Shown piece after piece: positions 17,215-28,530 of a stretch of DNA of 64,000 bases. A program made the translations under genes and the position numbers. The stretch's first letter is position 1, and every line of letters starts with the position of its first letter. The stretch is from an uncultured virus (IMG/VR IMGVR_UViG_3300025000_000008). Lineage: Duplodnaviria; Heunggongvirae; Uroviricota; Caudoviricetes. The notes under the pieces were generated by a model. That model ran no database searches and was not told the DNA's origin. It was given only the letters and a program-made list of their open reading frames with translations. The stretch lies in IMG/VR virus record IMGVR_UViG_3300025000_000008, one strand, 5' to 3'.

Positions 17215-19457
17215 TGCATGCTCCCGCTAAATGAATTAGGTATGCTGGTTCGCCAGGGTTCTGGGCCAGGTTCAGGGGTAATGTACGGCTCCTCAGTTCC
17301 GACTTCAATCTCATCAAGCCACATCGTTTCGGTTATAGGGGCTCCGTCGCCGATCCATGGTGATAAAACAAATTGACTCCACATTTTGGTAGCATCTTGT
17401 CCTGTCCGATATTGCACATCCAGGTGATTCAGAACAAGTTCGCCATCAATCCATTCCCTCATAACCCCATCCCTTTGACCTACTCCGTCATCGATAGTAT
17501 TCATTTTTAAATATACCTCAACGCGACGCCAATCATTTGTCAATATTGGGATATTTGAACGCCAGGAGTTTGCAGAATAATATGGATTATCAGGATAGCA
17601 AATTCCAGTCGCCCCAGCAGGAGCCGGCTGATTGCAATATGTTACGCTCCTATTCTCCGTAGTTGCCGATAAATCGAGGGGAAGTGAACCGGAGGTTGTA
17701 TTCACCCGCTGTTGATCCTGAATAGCTATAACCGGATAAGTGGTATATGGGGCTCTAAGATCGGTATTATATTCGATATATGTGTTCAGAAAATTATTCG
17801 CCAAAGGCGTATAATCAACATCAATATTAGAGGGGATCGTGATCATATGTGGATGATAAGTCTGTTGACTTCCTCTCCACCCGGTCTGAAATTTTACATA
17901 GAATGAGACATATAAACTATCGGTTTCGGGGAAGAGATGTCGCATACTTCCGCCATTAACTGGCTGTGCTTCCCCCTGAGTCCAAGTCCATTGTAAACAA
18001 TTACCAGAGTAACCGCCGGAAACTATTGTTCCGTGATTAGTATTGTCATACCAGTCTCTATCAGCAAATTGATTATTATCAAAACTCTCAATGAAATAAG
18101 TTTCCCCTGGCTCAGAAGTCAGAGTATAGTTTGCTACGATGCTATCATATCCCCAATTTTGAGCGGCATCATAACAACCGACATAAACAGTACTTCCATC
18201 AGAAGGGAAGGAATTAACAAATCCTGACCATGCCGTAGTTCCGGTTAAAGCAACCCCAGAAGTTGCATCTGGCTGGGCGTTAATCCTGGCTTTGCAACCT
18301 ACTACTCCGGTTGCATCCTGCGCAGTCCCTGATAAAAACTGCGGGGTTGTGGTAAAATTCAATGGGTCGTCACCACTTATTACCACTACGGGAGAAACCG
18401 TATCTCCTGACCCACCCGACATGGTATAAACCGCGCTTACTTCTTGTAGATAGTTCTTGACCCGGAGTCGATAAGCGCCGACCGATAAGGTAGGTAATTC
18501 GGCGGTTACCGTAATAGATGTTTCCGATAAAGAGGTAGGGGGTTGCCATTTCCAAGTCAACCCGCCGTCGCCACTTATTTCAATGGTAGATGATGGATAA
18601 ATCCTACCTGTATGGCCGAATGCCAGATTATCCAACCATTGATTAATATCAGCAACTACCGAGGTCGAAGCGAAGTTAATAATGCCGAATTGAGGATAAG
18701 CATTATCTGGCATAGCCACGCCAGGAGATACATTAACTAATCGTATGCCATCGACATAAAGTTGATATGTTCCAGGGGATAGCCATATCCCTTCGATACA
18801 ATACCACCGATTATTCTGCAGGTTCAGTGAAGGGCTTGGGCCGCTGATCGAACCATATTTGGTCGTCAATGCAGATGGTAATTGACCCGGCATTGCCCCT
18901 TCAAGATCCAAGTACCACATAGCCCCGCTTCCGGCCGGCTGGGTAACCGTCATTTTTGTATAATTGTCCGGGTAGTTTCCGTTATTTGTTCGGTATCTGG
19001 TATAATATCGGAAATAAAAATTTCCAGAAGTCGACCCTGGATAAACTTGCACTGCTGATCCGCCATCATTATTCTCACCAGGATTCGTCCCGCCCCGGAC
19101 TCGACAATTCATTGCCATGTTGCCGGCAAGTTTAACGGTAGATTCAAACTTGCAATCCATTGCAATAGATCCATCTGGTTCCCCTGCTGGGGCCGAATTC
19201 GGACCAAGATGATAGCCGTCGGTTTCTGGCCATGTCTGCAGGGCGGTACCACTCGATACCGCCGATTCAAAACCATACATCGCTGAGATGCTCTGAAATT
19301 TTGAATCCCAGAGAGTATTATTCTCGTTGATCATATTGGCCCCGGAGATGGTCAAAGTCTGACCATTGGTTACCGTCCCGGCGACATATGTTACGGTTGG
19401 TGTTGCGGCATTAGCCTCGACAGAAAACAGGAGAATTATCGCAAGGAGAAATATCAT
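17211..19457 (-). CDS. Signal-peptide protein with two jelly-roll (ConA/polysaccharide-lyase-like) domains and Ig-like linkers
   Basis: MIFLLAIILLFSVEANA|AT; YFRYY...RWYCIE...LYVDG; LYVSFYVKF...WRRVEVYLKMNT...DGVMREWIDG...WLDEI. Confidence 0.75.
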   Translation of the reverse strand: MIFLLAIILLFSVEANAATPTVTYVAGTVTNGQTLTISGANMINENNTLWDSKFQSISAMYGFESAVSSGTALQTWPETDGYHLGPNSAPAGEPDGSIAMDCKFESTVKLAGNMAMNCRVRGGTNPGENNDGGSAVQVYPGSTSGNFYFRYYTRYRTNNGNYPDNYTKMTVTQPAGSGAMWYLDLEGAMPGQLPSALTTKYGSISGPSPSLNLQNNRWYCIEGIWLSPGTYQLYVDGIRLVNVSPGVAMPDNAYPQFGIINFASTSVVADINQWLDNLAFGHTGRIYPSSTIEISGDGGLTWKWQPPTSLSETSITVTAELPTLSVGAYRLRVKNYLQEVSAVYTMSGGSGDTVSPVVVISGDDPLNFTTTPQFLSGTAQDATGVVGCKARINAQPDATSGVALTGTTAWSGFVNSFPSDGSTVYVGCYDAAQNWGYDSIVANYTLTSEPGETYFIESFDNNQFADRDWYDNTNHGTIVSGGYSGNCLQWTWTQGEAQPVNGGSMRHLFPETDSLYVSFYVKFQTGWRGSQQTYHPHMITIPSNIDVDYTPLANNFLNTYIEYNTDLRAPYTTYPVIAIQDQQRVNTTSGSLPLDLSATTENRSVTYCNQPAPAGATGICYPDNPYYSANSWRSNIPILTNDWRRVEVYLKMNTIDDGVGQRDGVMREWIDGELVLNHLDVQYRTGQDATKMWSQFVLSPWIGDGAPITETMWLDEIEVGTEEPYITPEPGPEPWRTSIPNSFSGSMQ

Positions 19458-20941
19458 TACAGTGCCTTAAATGTCATGAATATTGAAAGATAAGAATCCT
19501 CTGAATCAATCGTTGCGACAGTTCCCCCAGGGAAAGTCCCAGTCGCAGAAACAACCTTGTCAAATAAACTTGATTGAACGGCTTGTTCAGTTCGGCGAGT
19601 AAAACCTTGCTGCGCAGTGAAGGTATGTGTAGCATCCCAAGGGAGAACAAAAAAGACCAATAATTCAGCATCCACCGCTGTGGTTTCAGTATCAACCGCT
19701 GTCAAGTTCGTTGACGGCCCACTCAAATAGAGGCAATCAGCATCATTACAGGTTGATTTATCAAGGGCGGATGAAGTGGCGATTCCTGAGTAAGCTGCTG
19801 CCGCAAAATTTCTATATACTGATCCTGCCGCAAAAGTCGCTGTGCAGGTCCCGGTATAGGCAGAAGCATTCAGTTTATACCAACCCTCAAATGCGTAGCC
19901 GGCTGCAGATCCATCGGCAAGAATGGCTTTGCCTAGTGTAAGGGTATTTGATCCGCAAGTTACTCCAGTAATATCTGCGCCGCCTTCAGCATAACCACCA
20001 ACCGATGCAACGATAGCATTTCCAGATGCAACCACAAGATTAGTCGCGGTGACAATAGTTGATGCCTCCGTATCCGCAACGGCAACAGCAACGGACTCAA
20101 ACTCAGGACCGCTCGGAGCAGAATCAGCAGTATATGTTCCTTCAAATTTTGTAGTTCCGCCAGCTTCCCGGACATTGAGTGTATGATCGGTTGAATTGTA
20201 CCAGACGTCATTTGTATCTGGACCGACCGGATCTGAGGTCACAAAATCAATGCCGGTTCCAGATCCGCCGCCGGGTGACCAGAACTCGATCGAACCTCCT
20301 GGCCCTTTCCCGTAACATGTGCCGATAGCTGCAGCTCCCGCCCCTGCTGCTATGACAAGGTCAGCGTCCCATGGCTGTATCAATGTATTGATGTCGGAAG
20401 CGAGCAGAAAATAATCATCCCAGTCAGTACCGTCGGCCCAATATAATCTGCCGCCGTATCCTGAAAATCGCCCAAGAGTTGGAGTTGCGGTTATTGCAAC
20501 ACCATTATAGAAATCTCCATAATGAGTGCCATCAGCGCCCGTTCCGATAACCGATGGGGACTCTATGGTCCCGCCAATCGTCAGCTTATTCGTGACTGGA
20601 TCATAAACCAGCCCCGCATCACCGACGAACTCTCCCCCTATATATACCTGGACTTGCCCTTCTGATCCGCCTGGGATTCCCGTACCGCCTTCAGGCAGAG
20701 GAAAAAGCAAACTTTCAAATGCAGATTGTGTCGCAATCTTATTCAATACATAGGTTGCAATATTGTCTGAGCTGGCATATTTCGTTACCCAAGATGCAGC
20801 GGAATCTTCGAGTAAAAAGATATCATTCGCAACAATCGTTGTTTTTTGGCTTTTGTCAGCATGGAGTCTGAATGATGATCCAGCTCCATAAGAATTTCCA
20901 GCTAGCGCCAAAATAAGAAAGAATGGAAGTAGTCTTTTCAT
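19457..20941 (-). CDS. Signal-peptide protein with tail-fibre-like motifs
   Basis: MKRLLPFFLILALAGNSYG|A; PGGSEGQVQ...FVGDAGLVYD, QPWDADL, TSDP...DVWYNST. Confidence 0.7.
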   Translation of the reverse strand: MKRLLPFFLILALAGNSYGAGSSFRLHADKSQKTTIVANDIFLLEDSAASWVTKYASSDNIATYVLNKIATQSAFESLLFPLPEGGTGIPGGSEGQVQVYIGGEFVGDAGLVYDPVTNKLTIGGTIESPSVIGTGADGTHYGDFYNGVAITATPTLGRFSGYGGRLYWADGTDWDDYFLLASDINTLIQPWDADLVIAAGAGAAAIGTCYGKGPGGSIEFWSPGGGSGTGIDFVTSDPVGPDTNDVWYNSTDHTLNVREAGGTTKFEGTYTADSAPSGPEFESVAVAVADTEASTIVTATNLVVASGNAIVASVGGYAEGGADITGVTCGSNTLTLGKAILADGSAAGYAFEGWYKLNASAYTGTCTATFAAGSVYRNFAAAAYSGIATSSALDKSTCNDADCLYLSGPSTNLTAVDTETTAVDAELLVFFVLPWDATHTFTAQQGFTRRTEQAVQSSLFDKVVSATGTFPGGTVATIDSEDSYLSIFMTFKAL

Positions 20942-21237
20942 TATGCCCTCTGTATTTGTTGTCCAGCTTCTTTACTCATTTGCCTGAAATTGAACTCTGT
21001 CCAATCGGGGCATTTTTCAAAATACCACGTTACCGGCACGGTTATTATGCGGTCATCTTTAGTTTTTATTCCCCAGCATATTGGTTGGCCAAATTTATAT
21101 CCAGGCGTATCCCTCTGTTCTCTACTTGCCATATCATCAAGCCAGTGAGAGACGACCTTTTTTATCTTCCTGGGGAATGGCCACCATGATCCTGGATCTC
21201 GATATTTTAATGTGTAAAAATCTTTTACTTTTGCCAT
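20941..21237 (-). CDS. Hypothetical tail-fibre-associated protein
   Basis: Coupled ORF directly downstream of the tail fibre. Confidence 0.55.
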   Translation of the reverse strand: MAKVKDFYTLKYRDPGSWWPFPRKIKKVVSHWLDDMASREQRDTPGYKFGQPICWGIKTKDDRIITVPVTWYFEKCPDWTEFNFRQMSKEAGQQIQRA

Positions 21238-21239
21238 TA

Positions 21240-22034
21240 TTACACCTGTATTTTGTAGAAACCTGATAGGAATTTAGCCCTGTTTTCGGTATTGCTTGCC
21301 GGGCCAGAAGTGGTCGATGGAGGATTAACCGTGTGCGAATGGGGATCGCCTGACCCTGATGATTCTGTTGATACATCATTTCCATCGTACTTCGTATTGC
21401 CTGTATAGCGATATGTTCCAGAACCATCCCCGTTAGACAGTATAACATGGTCATGTGGGCCGTTTTGTGCCGCAGTCAGCTCAGTTCCTCCTGAATCGAA
21501 CGAGGCAATGTCAACGGCATGCGTGTGAGCCATAGTGTTACTACCACCAATCACGCCCGCAACAGTATCCCCTTGGAAGAAGCGATCGTCGGTAAGATTT
21601 GGAAGGTAACGACCTGTGCCATCGTAATAGTCAGAGCCAGCCACATTACAGGCTGCACCATTGCAGAAATATTCCCTGCCGGGATTGATCAAGGCATTAA
21701 TTGCTGCAGCCGTCAGCACCGTTGAGGTATATCCGCCATTTGCATTATTGGTAAAATAGCCTGGGAGAAATGCTGTAATTGTTCCAGCTATTGGCCGGTA
21801 GTCGGTTGCTCCCGGCTGAAGTATCCATCTTCCATCACCAGCATTAGTCACAGGTGCAATGATGGTCGTTCCATTCGCTACAAGGCCGGAATTAGCGTTG
21901 TATTTAAAAAACTTCACATTACCATCAAGAACTACTGCAAATGCGCCATCGGTCAAACCGGCGCCATCTTCTGCATCAAGAGCCCCGGCGAAGCCACCGG
22001 TTGCCGCCGTATATCCCCAACCCTGATAACTCAT
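21240..22034 (-). CDS. Tail fibre protein with collar domain and HxH tip motifs
   Basis: GTITAF, FCNG, LPNLTDDRFFQG, GGSNTMAHTH, LTAAQNGPHDH, PHSH. Confidence 0.85.
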   Translation of the reverse strand: MSYQGWGYTAATGGFAGALDAEDGAGLTDGAFAVVLDGNVKFFKYNANSGLVANGTTIIAPVTNAGDGRWILQPGATDYRPIAGTITAFLPGYFTNNANGGYTSTVLTAAAINALINPGREYFCNGAACNVAGSDYYDGTGRYLPNLTDDRFFQGDTVAGVIGGSNTMAHTHAVDIASFDSGGTELTAAQNGPHDHVILSNGDGSGTYRYTGNTKYDGNDVSTESSGSGDPHSHTVNPPSTTSGPASNTENRAKFLSGFYKIQV

Positions 22035-22822
22035 CAGATAACCTCCTCGAACTCAAAATTTATAATCGAATGCGTACTATGATCATGAATCCCATCGGGC
22101 ATAGTTTCCATAGATCCATAAATTACCCAGTTATTGTTTTCGTTGTCTGATAAATTTATCATCATGGGGGCAGATCCTCTCTGATATGCTATATCCCTCA
22201 TGAGTAAATAAAAGTCATCGCGGTTGCATCTTATCGTTCCGCCAAATGCCCGTAGCCGCCCTCTATCTGCTCCGCGCCATTTTGCGCCGTTAGAAAGCTG
22301 CCTTTTTATTTGGAGGTCGATGGGTCTTTCTCTTATTGGGTATTGTAAGCCAGGAATTTCAAATGCTCTGCCGCAGACAAGTTTTCCTGCTGATAATTGA
22401 TATGGATTTGTATTTGACTTTCTCAGTTCAATTGTTACTTTTACTGGGGCCTCAAATTGAGGGAAATCAACCCATAGTTGCCCCATAGTATCACCGGTGT
22501 GCTTGATAAATATTGTAGTTGTAGATAGATCAAGCACTGATGGTACCTGCCAGTCAATGTTTTGCCAAATAATGTTCTGCCAAATAATGCCGCTTGGATT
22601 TTCAATTGTGACTGTGGCCGACTCGGCAACTATACCGACCAGTCCAAAGCCCCCGGTTAAACCCCTGGTGAAAACTTCGAGACTAGCATATGTAACTCCA
22701 GAAGTAGCAGCCTTCCATCCTTTCTTGATCGATTCATTGAGGAGATTTTCTGGTCCAAATCCGGATTGTGAACTGGATGCTGTTATACTGGTGATTGCAT
22801 CATCAAAAATAATTTTCATCAT
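22034..22822 (-). CDS. Distal tail / tail-tip protein
   Basis: Position; ITASS...PENL...W; ends FEFEEVI. Confidence 0.6.
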   Translation of the reverse strand: MMKIIFDDAITSITASSSQSGFGPENLLNESIKKGWKAATSGVTYASLEVFTRGLTGGFGLVGIVAESATVTIENPSGIIWQNIIWQNIDWQVPSVLDLSTTTIFIKHTGDTMGQLWVDFPQFEAPVKVTIELRKSNTNPYQLSAGKLVCGRAFEIPGLQYPIRERPIDLQIKRQLSNGAKWRGADRGRLRAFGGTIRCNRDDFYLLMRDIAYQRGSAPMMINLSDNENNNWVIYGSMETMPDGIHDHSTHSIINFEFEEVI

Positions 22823-24345
22823 GCGGCTGAAATGGCCCCCTCGCCAGTAACAATACACTGTTCTTGATCCCAGTCATAAATGATTTCAGCCACCCGCCCC
22901 CAAACATTCGAGGCCACCGGCATGCTTTCGTCAAGTAGTTCTATTCTCTGGCCAAACTTAGGAACTCCAGAGAGTGGCTTTGATAACTGGATTTGCATTC
23001 TCTCCATGATATTTTTGATATTTGTCAATGCCGGCTTAATAAGAGCGCTCGTTGTTTGGCAAACCGGGGAAATATCAATTGTTTCACCGTAAGAATGAGA
23101 TCCAGCAACAATTACCTCCCACTCTGGATTAGTCAATGCAAATGTTCGCTCTTCCCCAACTTCCCAATCTGCTTCGGTTTCAAACTCAGTTATCGTTCTC
23201 CAGGTGCTTGTCTCAAGATCATATCCTTGCCACTTCCAGGTTGTGATCATTCGATCAGCATTTACCCCTGGAGCCCGAAGAACGAGTTCGACTGGGATTC
23301 GAGTCCCCCCATAGGAAAGTTGTATATAAAGACTATTTGACGGACCTGCTGTGGAAACCCACAATGATGTATTGCTGTTATCAATAAGATTTCCGGCAGA
23401 ACTATTCCCAGATGATGCCGTGACCATAGCTGAACCAGAAATATCAGCCCCATCTTTTTTTGTACGAAGTTGAATTTCCGCAATAGCGCAAACTGTCGCC
23501 CCCTGATTGCCGGTACATACAATACGAAAATCCCTAATTTGAGCCTGATATTTTGCGGTAATTCTTTTAATTGGATTTGGAGCTGGATATGCCGAAGGGA
23601 AAATATCAAACTCAGTATATTCAAGTACCGGTCCATTATCTCTCAAGCAATCAATGAGATACATTGTTCCATCTTCTGGCACAGCTCTATGGCCAAAAAA
23701 CTTCGCCATATCATTCAAATTGTCAATCAATAAGCGCTCTCCTTCTGCTTTGTAATTGACAACAGGAGAAACTGCGCGAGCATAAGTATAGTTGAAAGCC
23801 AGCCCAAGAGTTACGCAAGCAGCCGCAAACTCTTCCTGTAAAGTACCGGTATACTCCGCATCTGTTACCTTCGTCTTAAACTGAGGGCCATAAATATCAT
23901 ATATTACAGCGTCTCTTGATGGTTCTCTCAAGTGTGCGGTTCCTTTTACAATCAACTCAATAGTGGAAGGATTTTGAATGATCCCAAGAGACTCACCATC
24001 GTCTATAAGGAAATCGCCATTTTCATCCGTTAAGAAATCGCCATTCTCATCTGTTAGCTTACTCCCAGGAAAAGAAACTACAGAAGAAGTCCCTGGCGCA
24101 CCAATAGAAATTTTAATTGGACAACTTATTGGTGGAGGCCAATTTCCTGGAAGAAGAAACGGGGTTGGAAGAAGGTCAAGCTGACCATAAGATGCTTCAG
24201 CTATTCCGCCATAGACTTCTCTCGTTGCAATTCTAAGCTGACCAAGTGAAGCAATGTAACCATCATAAAAGCCCTCGGGTAGATCATGATGGTCGTTGCT
24301 CAACTTATGCCAGGCGTTGTTTATTTTCATTTCAACGAGAAGCAT
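22819..24345 (-). CDS. Tail-tip/hub protein with an F5/8-type-C-like insert and LTDENGDF repeat
   Basis: Directly after tape measure; IAEIQL...TASS...AGNLID...W...WKWQG...W. Confidence 0.6.
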   Translation of the reverse strand: MLLVEMKINNAWHKLSNDHHDLPEGFYDGYIASLGQLRIATREVYGGIAEASYGQLDLLPTPFLLPGNWPPPISCPIKISIGAPGTSSVVSFPGSKLTDENGDFLTDENGDFLIDDGESLGIIQNPSTIELIVKGTAHLREPSRDAVIYDIYGPQFKTKVTDAEYTGTLQEEFAAACVTLGLAFNYTYARAVSPVVNYKAEGERLLIDNLNDMAKFFGHRAVPEDGTMYLIDCLRDNGPVLEYTEFDIFPSAYPAPNPIKRITAKYQAQIRDFRIVCTGNQGATVCAIAEIQLRTKKDGADISGSAMVTASSGNSSAGNLIDNSNTSLWVSTAGPSNSLYIQLSYGGTRIPVELVLRAPGVNADRMITTWKWQGYDLETSTWRTITEFETEADWEVGEERTFALTNPEWEVIVAGSHSYGETIDISPVCQTTSALIKPALTNIKNIMERMQIQLSKPLSGVPKFGQRIELLDESMPVASNVWGRVAEIIYDWDQEQCIVTGEGAISAA

Positions 24346-27300
24346 GAACCAACCTCTTACTTCCTTGATTGCGGATATTCTTCTGAGTGAAATGAGCGTC
24401 ATTGTATGGAAGTGTTGCCCTGAACACTTCTTTCCCATCAATCTGAACTACTGTATCCCCAGACCTTCCATTACTCAATATTGCTGACAACATCTGTTCC
24501 ATTACATCAAGTCTCTTCTCCTGCTTAGAAAAGAAATCTGGACCACCAGGGATAGGCAAAAGGGCTTCTGTTCCGCCTTCTCCAATATTGTGATTACCAA
24601 ACCAAGTGGATCTTTGAGTAACGAAACCTTTAGCATGAGCAAATGTTTGGCCGGTATCAGGGCCAACGACATACCCGGCGCCGAATGATTTTGCATCGGC
24701 AGAAATATCGCCAATTGATGCCCATGCTCCTGAAATCTGATTCGCTGCCTGTTGAGAGATTGACCCCATGTCCTGAATAGTGGAGGCCATGATCGATGTC
24801 GAATTAGCTGCATTCAAGGCGGCTGCGCTCAATCCTTCGCCTTCGACGGATAAGTTGCCTGCTGCATCTGCCGTACCATTCAGCGTGTCAGACAGCCAAT
24901 TCATCGCATCTCGCTCGACATAGGCGATTTCCGCTGCCTTGCCCATACCCTCAGCTGATTGACCAAGAGAATTTGTAAATTCATCTGCGGCAATAATCGC
25001 TTCGCGTGCAGCCTCACCACCAACATGCATAACCATTTCCCATTGATGGCCAGCCTCGGCTGCTGCATCATATTGTAATGCCAGCGTTGAGGTTGCAGAT
25101 GTCGCAACGAGTAGTCCGGAATTTGCATCATATAGGGCTTGCTCATATTGACTAATGCCTGGAATTGTCTCAACGATGGTGTCTTTGATCGATCGCCAAC
25201 CTTCATAAAACTGACCGAGGTCACCGGGAGTGATTCCCATTTTGTCGATTTCGTTCTCCGCCTGTGGTCGCTGGGATTTATTGTACGCTCCCATCGCGAC
25301 CAAGACGGCTGCAGCTATTGGTACCGCGTATGCTGCTGCGCCTGCTGCCGATGCCCCATAACTACCGGCTGATGCCCCAGCGGTAGAACCAGCCTGAGAT
25401 GCTGTGGACGCCGCCTGAAAAGTGCTATAAGAGGTCGCTCCAGATCCGGCGGTATACGAACTTGTTGCATACCCAGCAGCGGCCTTGCCTGCAGCCGTAT
25501 ATCCCATTTTTGCGGCCGCCCACTTTGCCGCTTCGGTTGCCGCGCCTTTTTCTATCAACCCGAGGGTTACTGCGCCCTGATACGTTGATGCCGCCCCGAG
25601 CCCCATTTGTACAGCTCCGGCACCGGTATTGCCTTTCTTCATATTTTTATAACCGGAATACATGCCGTAGGCCCCTGCCCCTACGGCCACAGCACCCATG
25701 GCCTTACTAAAGTATCCAGCCACAGCCTCCCCGAACACTTCTGATACCCAACTTTTTGCAGCAGTGCCACCGAGCCCTGATATTATTCCTCCGCCAGAAC
25801 CAAGACCCCCATTATTCGTTACATAAACATTCATGGCCCCACTTGTATAAGTAGCACCACCAATTCCTGCAAACAGATCCCCAAAGACTCCGCCGAACAA
25901 TGAACTAGAACCATCAAAAAGGGAACTGAGTATTTTACTCGAAGCCTTATCTGCTAAGAAAGTGAGGAGATTGTCCTTCATTCTGGAAAGCAGATCCTTC
26001 CAATTGTTTCCTATCTCATCAAACTGGCCCTTCATTACATTGACAAGAGTACCAGATAGAGCGTAGTGAAGGTCACGAGCAACTTCGTGACCGAGTTGAC
26101 CAAGCGATTTCAATTCTTTCTCTGCATCTCTTACTCCCTGAACAAAACCGTTCCACATATTGGTTCCGGTTCTGGCCAGAGTTTCATCATCACGGATAGC
26201 CTGTTGTCTTGCTGCTTCGATCTTTTTGAGTTCAACATAATACTGCTTTGATTGGCCCCATAACTCTTTGGCCTTTTCTATCTGGGAATCATACGCTTTA
26301 TTTACACTTTTCAGTTCTTGTTCATATTCACTTAATTTAGCGTCAGAAAAACTCTCATTGAGTTCTTTAAGTTCTTTTTCAAAGTCAGTAAGTACTTTAG
26401 TTTCAAAAGCCTTCTTTAATTCTGGTTCAAGCTCCTTGGACTTGTTAATAAGGACTTGAACACCTTTGGCGAGGTTTACAACTTCAGGTTTGGTGCTGCC
26501 AGACAATTCTTTGCTTACTTCGGCTGCTGAATCTCTCCATTCGTCAAATCCCGACTCTATGTCCTTAATTCCTTTTTGAACCTCAGAAAGAGAAGTATCA
26601 TCCAAAGCGTCAAAAGAAGCCGAAAGCTCCTTAACAGAATCCTTGTATTGCGACATCCATTGAGAAGTTATCTTTGCGGCCGCTTCAGTCTTCGACCCTC
26701 CGAGTGATTCATAATATTTCTCCGCAGCTGCCTGACCAAGCCCTTGTGATTCGGCGATATCTTTTATATCCGCAGAATAATCAAGATTGAACTGAGCAAG
26801 TTCTTTGTCTAATCCATCGGGCATAAAGTCAATTTTCAGTTGACTCATCCTTTGGATTATGGCCAGCCTTTCTTTTTCTGCAGCAAGCAATTCTTTAGTA
26901 TCAACTAGGCCGGCGTCGTCATTTTTTAAATTTTCCCTTAATTTGGCAAAGCTGCCATCAAAGCGCATTGCCTCTCTTTCCGCATCTCTCCAAGGATCGC
27001 CAAAATTTTCCTTGATAGAAGCCCCAACCCTATCGTCAACAAGAAGAAGTTCACCGGTATTGAAATCCCTTTTGCCAATAACGACATCCCAAATATTTCC
27101 AATGCTTTCAGCAAACCCTTGATATGCCGAAACCCCCTGCTGAATACTCCCTAATTTTAAATCATCTAATGCGTTGTTAAGCGTTAATACCCCGGCAGCG
27201 GCAGTAGCCGCTTGTGGGCCAAACTTAGCAAGAATACCACCAACAATAGCAATCTGAAATATCCCTGGGGTATTAAATGCATCAGAAAGTTTTTGAACGC

Positions 27301-28132
27301 CTTCCGCAAAAGAAAGGGTATTCTTTAAAGCAACATCAAGACTGCTTCCCCATTCCCTGATTGTCTTCTCATCAAGGCTGTCGTTGAAATCTTTAATGCT
27401 CTTGGTAATTCTGTCAACAAGAGTCCCAAAAGCAGGCTGAAACAATCGGCCCATAAGAACTTGGGCATTGGAAACATGGCGATTTAATGAAGTCCACTTT
27501 TTCCCCGCCATTTCCATAGAAGCGGCATAGGTTCCTTGAATCTTGGCCCCTTCCTTAACTACTGCGGATACCCTTGCTTGAGTCTTCTCATATGTCGTAA
27601 GTTCTTTTGAAGTCTTCCCTAAAGTGGCTGCAGCCTCCTCATAGGCTTTCTCGAAATTTACCTGCAAACCGATGTTTCTGAGTATCTCTACTTCGCCGGC
27701 CTGAAGGCCATGAATCATTCTTTCAAAAGCTTCTGAGGAATCGATATTACCAATTACAGCCGCATCCTGAGCAATACGAGCAAGGTCGGTGGCCTTGGAA
27801 AGATCAATTTGAGCCTGAGCAAGTTTAACAAGTGTCTGCCGGGTAGAGGTCATTGAGATGCCGGTCTTCTGAACCTGCTTCTCATACGTGGCCATCTCAC
27901 GAGCTGAATACCCAGCATTCTTTCCGACATTATTCATGACCACGCCAAGAGTATCATACCTGGCAGTGGCCATAGTCACAGTCTTGATAGCGTTCGCGAC
28001 GGTAGCGACAGAAAGCATCCCGGCAAAATATCCAGCAGCCCGCTTGGCAAAAGAAGAGATGTCGGTTTCCGCCTTCTTCAGCCCGGTAGTGTCAGCTTCT
28101 ATTCTGGTATATAATGAGCCAAGATCGTTCAT
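24332..28132 (-). CDS. Tail tape measure protein (1266 aa)
   Basis: MNDLGSLYTRIEADT N-terminus; long Ala/Gly-rich helical body; C-terminal GEGGTEALLP, VQIDGKEV; follows the chaperones. Confidence 0.92.
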   Translation of the reverse strand: MNDLGSLYTRIEADTTGLKKAETDISSFAKRAAGYFAGMLSVATVANAIKTVTMATARYDTLGVVMNNVGKNAGYSAREMATYEKQVQKTGISMTSTRQTLVKLAQAQIDLSKATDLARIAQDAAVIGNIDSSEAFERMIHGLQAGEVEILRNIGLQVNFEKAYEEAAATLGKTSKELTTYEKTQARVSAVVKEGAKIQGTYAASMEMAGKKWTSLNRHVSNAQVLMGRLFQPAFGTLVDRITKSIKDFNDSLDEKTIREWGSSLDVALKNTLSFAEGVQKLSDAFNTPGIFQIAIVGGILAKFGPQAATAAAGVLTLNNALDDLKLGSIQQGVSAYQGFAESIGNIWDVVIGKRDFNTGELLLVDDRVGASIKENFGDPWRDAEREAMRFDGSFAKLRENLKNDDAGLVDTKELLAAEKERLAIIQRMSQLKIDFMPDGLDKELAQFNLDYSADIKDIAESQGLGQAAAEKYYESLGGSKTEAAAKITSQWMSQYKDSVKELSASFDALDDTSLSEVQKGIKDIESGFDEWRDSAAEVSKELSGSTKPEVVNLAKGVQVLINKSKELEPELKKAFETKVLTDFEKELKELNESFSDAKLSEYEQELKSVNKAYDSQIEKAKELWGQSKQYYVELKKIEAARQQAIRDDETLARTGTNMWNGFVQGVRDAEKELKSLGQLGHEVARDLHYALSGTLVNVMKGQFDEIGNNWKDLLSRMKDNLLTFLADKASSKILSSLFDGSSSLFGGVFGDLFAGIGGATYTSGAMNVYVTNNGGLGSGGGIISGLGGTAAKSWVSEVFGEAVAGYFSKAMGAVAVGAGAYGMYSGYKNMKKGNTGAGAVQMGLGAASTYQGAVTLGLIEKGAATEAAKWAAAKMGYTAAGKAAAGYATSSYTAGSGATSYSTFQAASTASQAGSTAGASAGSYGASAAGAAAYAVPIAAAVLVAMGAYNKSQRPQAENEIDKMGITPGDLGQFYEGWRSIKDTIVETIPGISQYEQALYDANSGLLVATSATSTLALQYDAAAEAGHQWEMVMHVGGEAAREAIIAADEFTNSLGQSAEGMGKAAEIAYVERDAMNWLSDTLNGTADAAGNLSVEGEGLSAAALNAANSTSIMASTIQDMGSISQQAANQISGAWASIGDISADAKSFGAGYVVGPDTGQTFAHAKGFVTQRSTWFGNHNIGEGGTEALLPIPGGPDFFSKQEKRLDVMEQMLSAILSNGRSGDTVVQIDGKEVFRATLPYNDAHFTQKNIRNQGSKRLVHASR

Positions 28133-28530
28133 GTTTTCCTTTTTCTCTTGTTTGTCCGGCGCGACTGATTTTGATTACTTTTTGCAGCAATGGCCCTCAA
28201 AACGCCCTTCATCTCTTCCATCGACTGTTTTTTCTCCACGACCTTTTTCGGCGGGGAGAGAAGATCGGGAATAAAATCAGAAACTGACCAAAACTTCTTT
28301 TTCCCTTTCTCTTTTGTTCCTGTCAAACTAAAGTTTGCAATTGTTGCACAAACCCGGCCAATTAAATTGGCAATGTATCCCGTTCCAAACGGCTCTAACT
28401 CTGCGTATGCCATCCACTCAGACAACTGACTTGATGTGAGTTGTCTGAGCAAATAATCAGGATGGACTATTCCAAGTTGGAGGCAGAGTCGGAAGGCGAA
28501 TCTTCGTTCGAAACGGGCTCGGAGTTTTTT
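28129..28530 (-). CDS. Tail assembly chaperone -1 frameshift extension (GT-like)
   Basis: The -1 frame from A AAA AAC reads KLRARFERRFAFRLCLQLGIVHPDYLLRQLTSSQLSEWMAY... Confidence 0.85.
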   Translation of the reverse strand, partial: KKLRARFERRFAFRLCLQLGIVHPDYLLRQLTSSQLSEWMAYAELEPFGTGYIANLIGRVCATIANFSLTGTKEKGKKKFWSVSDFIPDLLSPPKKVVEKKQSMEEMKGVLRAIAAKSNQNQSRRTNKRKRKT